A stretch of 64,000 bases of DNA. Origin: Promethearchaeota archaeon (GTDB taxonomy: Archaea > Asgardarchaeota > Lokiarchaeia > Sigyniarchaeales > SOKP01). Position 1 is the stretch's first letter. Every line of letters begins with the position of its first letter. The stretch is from positions 6,248 through 70,247 of the forward strand of contig JAHLWP010000011.1 in assembly GCA_019057865.1 (NCBI GenBank). Reading direction: 5' to 3'. Under the pieces are notes generated by a model. The model did not search any database and was not told where the DNA came from. It saw nothing but the letters and a program-made list of their open reading frames with translations. The translations under genes and the position numbers were made by a program. Below, piece after piece: positions 30,501-38,842 of this stretch.

Positions 30501-31414
30501 ATACTTTCAATTATTTCAGAGAAAAAAAAAGATTGCCGTCCAAGTTCTATACTTTTTTCAACCAAATCTATTTCTTTTTCTATAAATTCATTTTGATCAG
30601 TTTCATCTTCCAAGAAAAAAAGACCATACATACCATAACAAAAGCCAACAATGAAATAAAGTTGACTAAGAATTCTTTTGTCTTCGCATTCTTTACAGTA
30701 TTCAAGACTCTTTTCACACCTTTTAGTTTCTTCTTTCACATATTTTTCCCAAAATGGATCCATACGATAATTTTTAATACAGGATATCATGAATACGATT
30801 CTTCCTTCAGCAATTAAAGATTCTGTAATTATCTTACAATTCTTTAAATCAAAAGAAATTTCCCATGCTTTCTTAGCAAAATTTAATCCTTTTTGACTTA
30901 TTTCATCAATTTCTTTAGGATCTCTGTGAAGATATAATATAAAGGAAATTGTCATAGCAGCACGACTTAATGCTAAAGCAATTTTTTCTCTATTATTTTC
31001 TTTTGAATAATCCTTATACGCATCAAGAAACAAATCACATGCTTTGCTTAATATTTTTTTTCCGGAGCGTTCTGAGTCCGCCAATAAGCCTTTAATAAAT
31101 AAAGATTCCGCGTTACATTCTATTGATTCAACAGTATTTTTAAGTTTTAAAAACATTTTATTGGCTTTTTGAAATGCATCAATTGCATTGTTTTGCATTT
31201 CGATGTATTTTTCACGGCTGTCAGTCTTTTCTGAAGCCTTATCAAATAGATACCCAAGTTTCTTATATAAATTAGCAACTCCTTCAAAATTATTTTTTTC
31301 TAAATAATTTGTAATTAGTTGTTGGTAAAGTTTTATTGCCCTCAACCAATTATAGTTTTTTTCCTCAACCTTTACTCTTTCTAAGAGAGATACTTCTGTT
31401 TCCTCTATCATCAT
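27581..31414 (-). CDS. Large TPR-like helical repeat protein with C-terminal carbon-nitrogen hydrolase (nitrilase-fold) domain
   Basis: ~970 aa of TPR/SNAP-like helices; IGIAQI, FPEM, QEKHIP, ICRDFL give an E-K-C triad. Confidence 0.8.
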   Translation of the reverse strand: MMIEETEVSLLERVKVEEKNYNWLRAIKLYQQLITNYLEKNNFEGVANLYKKLGYLFDKASEKTDSREKYIEMQNNAIDAFQKANKMFLKLKNTVESIECNAESLFIKGLLADSERSGKKILSKACDLFLDAYKDYSKENNREKIALALSRAAMTISFILYLHRDPKEIDEISQKGLNFAKKAWEISFDLKNCKIITESLIAEGRIVFMISCIKNYRMDPFWEKYVKEETKRCEKSLEYCKECEDKRILSQLYFIVGFCYGMYGLFFLEDETDQNEFIEKEIDLVEKSIELGRQSFFFSEIIESIFCLDWHTFLGGKIDYIQKRIFNDLEEFLEHGKKFSNSFTNWQFYTSFLPAMIYGNFAQSKFFKLSDRKSYAERGINIASNAIKTIVFEPFSAWLCQMLTLSYCGLALLSKNKTEKEKHAQTALEYAKKAETIAEKYEGGWVKNAGSASLYKAYKTLAEIVEPIDKKVNMLSSAIDSIKKYMQSNVESRTGILTTQLRLGLFYEEFSILTKDISFLSEAKTTLQEVINQSIERGYDFCAAAAHEYIARIEDRLGNHTASAEHYKRAQKAYGKSLETIEYKLLKKRVNEKIEYAHAWNLIEKAKSYNKRESHLKAKECYEKACEILKRIPRYNYEALYFSAWISQEEAEHLSKQEKYNEAIESFEKTKKIFYNAIKTLEKSFIQSKDKIEKERIKKLENIAKIRMNYCSARINLEKAKILGKKGEHIDAAEKFSSAASQIRDICTLFIIKREREELKAVYYLCKAWENMEFAENYLEPERYAEAADLFSKASQTFPDNKMKLLASGNSAFCNALKLGCKFDESYDSETKVKLYPNIKAMLRGAATSYEKGGFKNGANWAIATSTYFDGVWHIIKADEEMELKEKERLLKLGEQILKSTADLFGKAGYEDKQNEVLNRIGLIEKEEKILFSALNSIKKPEISGSTTGIIAPACPIEISQPPRLSEVRQITDNILRRFVEEKTERKKYEIIYTDFLNQDFKIQKSQFRIGIAQIGLSKTGEIITEFFEEKSSGLLGFKKDKIKTVISNVKKMVDNAGKHKINVLIFPEMTIDLNYIEFLEEISNLAKKYNMYIIPGSYHDQETKQNISMVISPERILWKQEKHIPAIIHFKDKKFKEAIETTSRPRKILVCNTEYGRIAIAICRDFLDMDLRVELKNFEPAVDIILNPAFTPVTADFKAAHFDARRSIYAYCFFANVAEFGDSLIYTPEKDRTERNIPAKEEGLIYKDIDLFKLRSERKKWEKEQNRERLFIQSTR

Positions 31415-31726
31415 TCGAATATATTGAGTATGTTATATTTCTACCCTTAGGTTTTCTAAATATATTTTAGATAATGATTAATAAACAGTTATTTCTGTTT
31501 TTATTTTTTTTGGTAGAAGATCTAGTGAAAATCAATTTACTAAAAAAAAAGATAGAATTACCTTTTAATAATAAAATTATCAAAAAGATTATAAATCATT
31601 TAAGAGAAAAATATTGTTTTTGGAACTTTTTTAAATTAATCATTTAACAACAAAATCTTAAGAATGATTTTTGCGAAAAAAATTAAGAAAGTCATAGAAT
31701 TTCTAAATTTAACCTTCGAGTTTTAA

Positions 31727-31745
31727 TGCAGTCTGTTGGACTGCA
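31727..31745. repeat. Inverted repeat TGCAGTC-TGTTG-GACTGCA
   Basis: Perfect 7-bp arms, GC-rich in an AT-rich spacer, next to the duplicated HDAC end. Confidence 0.6.
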
Positions 31746-31804
31746 AAATAACTATCCTTTGAATATTTAGATTTTTCAAATAATTCTAAGGAATTAGAAA
31801 TAAA

Positions 31805-31880
31805 TAAAATAAAAAATTCTTTAAAAAACTTATTAGCTAATTACTGGATTTCAATACAATAAGAAAAAATTAAGAAATTA
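31805..31880 (+). repeat. 76-bp direct repeat, copy 2 (orphan HDAC C-terminus)
   Basis: Region from ~31756 encodes SFEYLDFSNNSKELEINKIKNSLKNLLANYWISIQ* versus HDAC TFENIEFLEKSKIEDITKIKNSLKNLLANYWTSIK*. Confidence 0.9.
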
Positions 31881-32291
31881 AACAAGACTAGTTAATTTTT
31901 GGGCGTACTCTTGAACAACAAATAACGTATCCCTAGGTCCCACTTTTGGATTTATATAGCAAATTAATGCTCCTGTTCCCCCGATAGGAATGGGACAAAT
32001 AATAATATGCCCTTTTCCTGTTATATTCGTTCCTATTTTTCTTTCTTCTGTGTTTTCTACGATCATATATTTTATAGCCTGAATAGTAATATTTGTCATT
32101 CCTTTTTGACCAAGCTCTAGTTTAGTATTAAGCAACTCGTTAATCTGATCTAGATCGTTAGAAACATCCCAGTTTTCAGTTTGAGTGAGTAGAATACCAT
32201 CTTTATTTAAAATCGCAATCCCAAAAATATTTTGCTCTTCATTTAATAACTCATCAATAATTACTTCTATTTCAGACATTATAATTACCAA
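31878..32291 (-). CDS. Asgard (Loki-type) profilin
   Basis: IFGIAI--KDG--LTQTENWD, IKYMIVENTEERKIGTNITGKGH, GALICYINP--GPRD match recalled Loki profilin sequences. Confidence 0.88.
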   Translation of the reverse strand: MVIIMSEIEVIIDELLNEEQNIFGIAILNKDGILLTQTENWDVSNDLDQINELLNTKLELGQKGMTNITIQAIKYMIVENTEERKIGTNITGKGHIIICPIPIGGTGALICYINPKVGPRDTLFVVQEYAQKLTSLV

Positions 32292-32383
32292 AATATTATA
32301 TTAGCAAATTATTATTTAATAAATAAATTATAAATTTAAATATACGTTTAAAAATAATTTTAAATTAATGACGGTGAAATTGA

Positions 32384-32926
32384 TTGGCATTCAGAATGTG
32401 GAAAAAGGCAATACTTCTTTCATTGCGTGAAAAAAGGATATTCACAGTTTTTGTATTGATATATACTATTTTAATATTTTTATCAAGTTTATTCATAGAA
32501 TTGGGAATTGGGGGTCAATTAGGAGAATCTGCTATATACTATATCTTGATTTTTTTTAGTACTAGTTTAATTCTTTCTCTACTCTATGCTTGGATTTTGG
32601 TGTCTAGAAGAAGACGAGTTTGGGCTACATTCAAATGTATTGGTTATACAAATAAAAATATAATTATATTGGTATCAGGAATTATATTATTTACTACATC
32701 AATGGGATTTTTTATTGTAATTGAAGTTCTATTTCATTATGCTGCTATTGTCGCTTATTTAAATTCAGCAGAAATCAATTTAGATATTACAATTTTAATA
32801 GGATTAGTCCCAGTTATTGTAACTAGTGTATTATTCATATTTGTTCAACTAATTGCCCTTATTGTTGTTTATAGAAAAGTGTTAAAAGTAAGACCAATAA
32901 TTGCATTAAAAAGAGTAGGAGTGTAA
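32384..32926 (+). CDS. FtsX/MacB-like ABC permease (short)
   Basis: 4 TM; RRRVWATFKCIGYTNKNI motif; P-IALK tail. Confidence 0.8.
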   Translation: MAFRMWKKAILLSLREKRIFTVFVLIYTILIFLSSLFIELGIGGQLGESAIYYILIFFSTSLILSLLYAWILVSRRRRVWATFKCIGYTNKNIIILVSGIILFTTSMGFFIVIEVLFHYAAIVAYLNSAEINLDITILIGLVPVIVTSVLFIFVQLIALIVVYRKVLKVRPIIALKRVGV

Positions 32927-32939
32927 GGAGGAAAAAGAA

Positions 32940-33632
32940 ATGGCATTTGCAAAAGATATTATGATTGAGGCAATTGATATAAATAAGGAATATAGACGGG
33001 CAGGAGCCATTATTAGAGCATTAGTAGATATAAATTTAAAAGTAAAATCTGGGGAGTTTGTAATAGTGCAAGGACCAACCGGATGTGGAAAAAGTACTCT
33101 CCTTAATGTATTATCAGGTTTAGATTTACCAGATTCGGGTAGAGTTATTTTTGATGGTGAAAATATAGCACGAGCAACAGAAGATAGATTAAGTAGAATT
33201 CGGCGTCAAAAAATTGGTTTTGTATTCCAAGATTATAACCTTGTTAATTCATTAACAGCAATCGAAAATATAGAAGCATTATTATGGCCGACAGTCTTAA
33301 GTAATAAAGAAATAGAAAATAGATCAATTGCAGCATTAAGAGATGTTAATCTTCTTGAACGTAAAGACCACCATCCTGTTCAACTAAGTGGTGGTGAAAA
33401 ACAAAGGGTTGGATTAGCGAGGGCAATTATTCATAGACCTAGGGTTATCTTAGCAGATGAACCAACTGGAAATTTAGATCCTGAATCAGAAACACATGTA
33501 ATGGAGTTATTAAAGAAAATTAATAAGGACAGAGAAACAACAGTTATAGTAGTTACTCATCGTACGCACTTGAATAAATTTGCTGATAAAGTTATTAAAA
33601 TGGATAAGGGAAGAATTATTAAAATTGAATAA
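32940..33632 (+). CDS. LolD/MacB-like ABC ATPase
   Basis: GPTGCGKST, GFVFQDYNL, LSGGEKQRV, LADEPTGNLD, VVTH. Confidence 0.92.
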   Translation: MAFAKDIMIEAIDINKEYRRAGAIIRALVDINLKVKSGEFVIVQGPTGCGKSTLLNVLSGLDLPDSGRVIFDGENIARATEDRLSRIRRQKIGFVFQDYNLVNSLTAIENIEALLWPTVLSNKEIENRSIAALRDVNLLERKDHHPVQLSGGEKQRVGLARAIIHRPRVILADEPTGNLDPESETHVMELLKKINKDRETTVIVVTHRTHLNKFADKVIKMDKGRIIKIE

Positions 33633-33877
33633 TATCTAATTCTATTTTATTATCATTTTTTTTGCTTGATTTTCTCATTCTATACATTTATCTATCAAAT
33701 TTTTATACTCCTCTGAATATAGATAAAGATTTTTTTCTTAAATTATTGCAAGTATGGTATAAATTATATACTTAATAAGATAGATGGATTTTCAAAACAA
33801 AAATATAAATATATTAAGAGTTTTTGAAATACTATTAACTAAACTAAAATCAAAGTCTAAATTAAAAATTAGGTAGG

Positions 33878-34642
33878 GTGTTAAAAATCGGAAAAAAGCG
33901 TGTGATTCTGTCAGGTTGTGCTGGAATGTGTTGTCTCTTACCAATGGCATATATAAGTTTTCGGTTTCTAAATTTAACAGGAGGAGTTACTGGCGGATTA
34001 TTAGAGAATTTTGAGGATGCTTTGAGTTCAATAACAGATCTCATAGGTTTTGGTGGACCCTTTTTAGAAATTGTAGCGGGGGGTTTTATTGGAATGGCTA
34101 TGATTTTTTTATTTCCTATTCATTGGTGTATATATTACCGCCCTGAAGATGTAGGGTTAATTATTGCGGTTACTGTTCCTTGGATTTTATGTTGTGCCAT
34201 CACGAGTGGCTTATTTGCTCATTCTCCTCGAGGTGGTATTAACACTAGTCTTGCTATTGGTTTTGGATATATGATTCCACTATCGATTATTTATCTAGTA
34301 TTAGCTGTTGCATTTCCATTAGGTTCAGCAGTTTTAGATGGGTTATTATTGGGATTGGCAGACTTACCATTTTTACTTGCTATACTTACGTCAATCTTTG
34401 AGGGCTGCTTGGTGGGGGCAGTTTTTGGAGCGTTTATTGGTAGCTTGAAATATAAACCCGGGAAAGCAAAACCAAAGATTAAAAAAGTTAAAGACAAAGA
34501 AGCCGAAATTTCTGAACCTACTTTTGAAAAATTAGGAAAAGCAGAAGAGGCAGAAAGTATTTCACCTTTTTGTACGAACTGCGGAGCTAAACTTACTCCA
34601 TCTGATGATTTTTGCACTAATTGCGGGCAAAAAAGAAAGTAA
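33878..34642 (+). CDS. Membrane protein with C-terminal zinc ribbon
   Basis: 5-6 TM; CTNCG...FCTNCG. Confidence 0.75.
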   Translation: MLKIGKKRVILSGCAGMCCLLPMAYISFRFLNLTGGVTGGLLENFEDALSSITDLIGFGGPFLEIVAGGFIGMAMIFLFPIHWCIYYRPEDVGLIIAVTVPWILCCAITSGLFAHSPRGGINTSLAIGFGYMIPLSIIYLVLAVAFPLGSAVLDGLLLGLADLPFLLAILTSIFEGCLVGAVFGAFIGSLKYKPGKAKPKIKKVKDKEAEISEPTFEKLGKAEEAESISPFCTNCGAKLTPSDDFCTNCGQKRK

Positions 34643-34997
34643 TTAATATCGGACATTTTTTTAATACTTTTTATTTAAATAAATGACCGTTTGAATAAAG
34701 ATTTTGACTTGAATCAAACAAAGATAAAGTAAATATATAAAAAAAAAATCCAATGTATATGTCAGCACCTAAAGGGTTAAGGTTTAGCATGATTTTGTTT
34801 TTTCAATTTTACTCATTTATCTTAATTCTTTAAAAAATAAAAAAAAATATTTATTTAATTTTGGATTCTTATAAATTTTATTCTTCCTCTTCTACTTCTT
34901 CTTCCTTTTCTTCTTTAGCCATTATTTTCAAACTCCTTTTTTAGCAGTTTTATTATTTATCGGTTCTCTCGAAGTGGGGCATACTTACAATAAAAAA

Positions 34998-35201
34998 TTA
35001 AAAAATTTTATTTTCTTTTTTTCTATTCTTGATAGTAAATGTCACCATCCAACCAATAGAAAATACTAATCCAAATAATATTGAGAATTTAAGACCCTCT
35101 AGTAGGTCTCTTTCTAATATTAAATCGTAAATCAACCCCAGAATGATCGCAATTGGAAAAGCTCCTAATCCAACCAAAGAAACTTTTTTATTATGTTTCA
35201 T
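34998..35201 (-). CDS. Small 2-TM membrane protein (candidate immunity protein)
   Basis: 67 aa, two hydrophobic helices, basic tail. Confidence 0.6.
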   Translation of the reverse strand: MKHNKKVSLVGLGAFPIAIILGLIYDLILERDLLEGLKFSILFGLVFSIGWMVTFTIKNRKKENKIF

Positions 35202-35355
35202 TTCCTAACCTTCTTTATTTTATGTTTTATGGTAGAAATTTTTGATTTTACTTTAATTTTTTTGAGTTAGAACAATTCTTTATGGAAATTAACAGAGATT
35301 AATAGTAAATTCTATTTTTATTCATATAATCAATTCTTTAGTATGTATTATTAGC

Positions 35356-35844
35356 CTACATGAAAGGTCTGAAGTCTCTCTTCTTGCCCAATCTGTACAT
35401 TATATACGCTGCGAGGCTATATGAGGGCATAATAGTTAAGATAAATATTATGTCCTTCAATGTTCCTTGACTCTCATAAAAAGGAGCCCATGGGGCCACA
35501 ATAAAAAAATAACTAATGAACATCCAAATTGGCCATCCTAAAGACAGCCCTCCACCTACAATCCATATTCCCTTATAGATATTTCTCTGATATTTTGATT
35601 TTCTGATATAGTAGAGAATGAATAATATTATTGGTGTTATAAAAGTAACCCCCATTGCAACCCATAAATTCATGCTTCCAAGAAAATATTCTAACCAGCT
35701 TATCATCGTTGCCCCGATATATGATCCAATGCTAACCCATAACCAATGTTTTTTAAACGCACTCCAAAAATTTTTGATTTTATCCTTTATTTTCAGAATA
35801 ACCCTCTCTTTAACAAATTTAAGGACACCATTTAAAATATTCAC
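35356..35844 (-). CDS. 4-TM membrane protein (candidate immunity protein; start uncertain)
   Basis: Four hydrophobic helices; abuts or overlaps the stop of the upstream secreted gene. Confidence 0.65.
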   Translation of the reverse strand: MNILNGVLKFVKERVILKIKDKIKNFWSAFKKHWLWVSIGSYIGATMISWLEYFLGSMNLWVAMGVTFITPIILFILYYIRKSKYQRNIYKGIWIVGGGLSLGWPIWMFISYFFIVAPWAPFYESQGTLKDIIFILTIMPSYSLAAYIMYRLGKKRDFRPFM

Positions 35845-37213
35845 AGGCTATAGAACAACTAACATGAAGAACATCAATGTAATTCATTATCCATATGCAT
35901 AGAGGACAAAATACAGGATAGAACAAGCATGCAATAATACATCCAAGTAAGAGAGCTACTCCACATCCTACTTCACAGAAAAAACATCTTAATGGGTCTG
36001 ATGGTGGTGGTGGTGGCGATGGTGGCGGTGTGTAACCCCCGCCATTGTCGGTATATATATCCGCTAAAACTGCAAAACTCTCAAGAATTTGCCAATCGTA
36101 TTTTAAGAGTTGTTCTTTTACTAATTCGGAAAGAGATGCAATTCCTTCTTTTATATCAATGTAAGCATAATAAAGTTCCATTATGTCTAAACCCTCTGAT
36201 TTTTTATAAATTTTTGCCATTTCTTCCGCAATATCTGCTAAAATGTCGTATTGTTGGGATAATATAACAGACATATTGAATTGTACAAACTCCATTGAAG
36301 TTATAGCTTTTTCGTTAACAGGAGTATATTTTAGATTTGTAAATGAACTATTATAAGTCTCTGAATTTAAAGGATCAAGGCGAGTATAAATCGTTAATTT
36401 ATAGTTATTATGGTAAATTAAATACTCTAATTGATAATATTGCAAATAGTAATTTTCTGAAGTGATTTCTGTCGAAATAAAATAAGCAGATTTATTGATT
36501 GTACTTGTAAATTTATTATAACTCCATAATATAGTGTGAGTATGAATAAATTCGTAGACTGTACCATTAAGTTCAAATCTATTGAGAATTGTTATATGGT
36601 CTTCTTGTTGTTCTAATACCTTAGATGTTATGTTTATTGATTCACTCTGACTTGGGCATTCTTGATTTTCATTACAAGATAGACAACCTGAATAATATAA
36701 AAGTAGTGGTTCTATTAGTAATTCAAATTTTGTATCAGCTATTTCATTTACCGTAATATAGTGATAACTTGTCCAGATTGGGTAATTTGCATCAATCCAT
36801 GCCAGTATGCCACCAAGTATATTATATACTTTTGTAAAGCCATACTCAACAAGTATCTCACTTGCTAATTGACTCCTATAGCCAGACTTACAGTAAACAA
36901 TAATCTCAGTATTCTTATATTCTTCAAGTTCATTTATTCTAATTTCAAGTTCATCATGAGGTATTAAAATAGCGTTGTATAGGTGACCCTTTTCATATTC
37001 GCAGGAGGTTCTAACATCTAAAATAACAAGGTTCGGATATTTATTTTCATGTTTTATCATATAATTGGCAGTATCTATAGTAATATTTTGATATATTTGT
37101 TCTTCAGCAGTAACCATTATTATTAAACTGAAAGACGGTAGTAAAAATGCAGTTATAATGAAAAGAGCGATTGTCTTATGACTTATATGTTTTAAACTAT
37201 TTTTTAAATTCAA
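35819..37213 (-). CDS. Secreted rhodanese-domain protein with Pro-rich linker and 10-Cys hydrophobic C-terminal peptide
   Basis: Signal peptide; ILDVRT--EY-KGHL, CKSGYRS, GGILAW rhodanese motifs; GGGYTPPPSPPPPPS linker; Cys-rich tail ending CEYFKWCP. Confidence 0.8.
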   Translation of the reverse strand: MNLKNSLKHISHKTIALFIITAFLLPSFSLIIMVTAEEQIYQNITIDTANYMIKHENKYPNLVILDVRTSCEYEKGHLYNAILIPHDELEIRINELEEYKNTEIIVYCKSGYRSQLASEILVEYGFTKVYNILGGILAWIDANYPIWTSYHYITVNEIADTKFELLIEPLLLYYSGCLSCNENQECPSQSESINITSKVLEQQEDHITILNRFELNGTVYEFIHTHTILWSYNKFTSTINKSAYFISTEITSENYYLQYYQLEYLIYHNNYKLTIYTRLDPLNSETYNSSFTNLKYTPVNEKAITSMEFVQFNMSVILSQQYDILADIAEEMAKIYKKSEGLDIMELYYAYIDIKEGIASLSELVKEQLLKYDWQILESFAVLADIYTDNGGGYTPPPSPPPPPSDPLRCFFCEVGCGVALLLGCIIACLFYPVFCPLCIWIMNYIDVLHVSCSIACEYFKWCP

Positions 37214-37495
37214 AATTTTACCTTTTTATATTTTATTTTTTTTTAAATTGATTGATTTATACAAGTTAAATATAGCAATATGAAAATTTAACTGTTATAT
37301 TTCTGCAATCATATTTATGAGATATTAAAATGATTAATTAATTATCTATTTTTATACACTTATTTTATTTATTATTAGAATTGATTTCCATAAATTTGTA
37401 TTAGATACTTATATTTTAATTCCAAAAAAAAATAGATTAATTATTAAGTTATATTATTATAATAATAATGAAAATTCAAACTATAAGATGATATT

Positions 37496-38527
37496 ATGCC
37501 GAAAGAGGTAAAAGGGGTATTATTTAGCCGTTTGGTTGTTTTGATTTCTATTGTTCTTATCCCTATAATCACATTTTTAATCTATAATTTTGCTGGTTTT
37601 GAATTATGGTTTTCAAATGATCCAGATTTGGAGTTTTTGATTATTAACCTTTTATGTCCCTTAGTTTTTAGTATTTCATGGTTATTTTTCATAATTTTAT
37701 TTGCTAACCGTTTTGCTGAAACTATCGATTCTACAGATAGAGTGGTGGGGGTAATTCCCTTAAGATTGAAATTGTTTTATGGTATAAATGCCGTTTATAT
37801 ACTTCTTATTTTTGTATTTCCGTTAATCACACCTGTTGTTTCAGTTTTAACTTTTGCTTCCTTTGGGTGGCAATTAACAACCATTAGAAAAGAACGATGG
37901 GAGGAGGACACAAAAGTTTCTTTATTAACTAAAATTGTTATGATTCTAGCTTCAATAATCCCTGTCTTCTGTGGAATAGTTATTATACCAGAATATATAA
38001 AGTTATCAATATTTTTATTATGGGATATTTGGATTCCATTGCTTGATCCGATTTACAAAATCTCGTATTGTTTATGTACCGCTCTAGCAATTGGGTCTTT
38101 ATTTATTTTATTTGCTAATTCAGGCATAAGTGAATATGAGCAAATATTTGTAGATACTACAAAAACTAAAAAGATGATGCAAATTAAAATTTTGGAAGTA
38201 GTTTTATTCGTTTTCTTCTTATTTTTAGCATTTTATGAATTTACTGTAATAGATCTATTCTATAATGCGGGATTTATAATTGTTCTTATAGTGTCAATTG
38301 TCAACTACTTTAGTGGGAAACAAAAAACAAGTAAATTTCGAGGTCATGTGATGGGATATATTCTAGCTGCCATTTTTATGGGCTCCAATTTAATATTCAT
38401 TTCAGATACAGAATTCTCAGATTTTATGAAAGTCTCGAGTCTTATCATCTCTGGAATATTGTTTATTTTAGTATTTTTGTATACATTCATTCACCTAGAG
38501 GAACCTGAACTAAAATATAATCACTAA
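37496..38527 (+). CDS. Polytopic membrane protein, unknown function
   Basis: About 9-10 hydrophobic segments. Confidence 0.7.
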   Translation: MPKEVKGVLFSRLVVLISIVLIPIITFLIYNFAGFELWFSNDPDLEFLIINLLCPLVFSISWLFFIILFANRFAETIDSTDRVVGVIPLRLKLFYGINAVYILLIFVFPLITPVVSVLTFASFGWQLTTIRKERWEEDTKVSLLTKIVMILASIIPVFCGIVIIPEYIKLSIFLLWDIWIPLLDPIYKISYCLCTALAIGSLFILFANSGISEYEQIFVDTTKTKKMMQIKILEVVLFVFFLFLAFYEFTVIDLFYNAGFIIVLIVSIVNYFSGKQKTSKFRGHVMGYILAAIFMGSNLIFISDTEFSDFMKVSSLIISGILFILVFLYTFIHLEEPELKYNH

Positions 38528-38842
38528 TTTTTTTTTTTGATTTTTAATTTTAAGTTAACCCTGATATATTCATGTTAAAAATTAAACTGATTTCCTGAAT
38601 ATATTAAACTAGATTAAAAAATTATTATTTTAGAATAAGCGAGATTAATAAAGATATTGATTTTATTAAAATTCGCATCAAACAGTAAGAATTCGTTGAT
38701 TAAATATTTTAATTCGATATGAGTTAAATTATCCTAAAATTTTCTACTATATTAGAATATAAATTATTAAAAAGCTAAATTTTATTTATAATTTTAAGGT
38801 TAAAATTAAAATTTATTAAAAAAAAATAAGGGTTAGAAAAAA

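Noticed and set aside
34820-34922. Short acidic ORF start MAKEEKEEEVEE with AAGGAG RBS
   Set aside because: Runs into low-complexity A/T sequence after ~20 codons; probably a truncated stub, too weak to call
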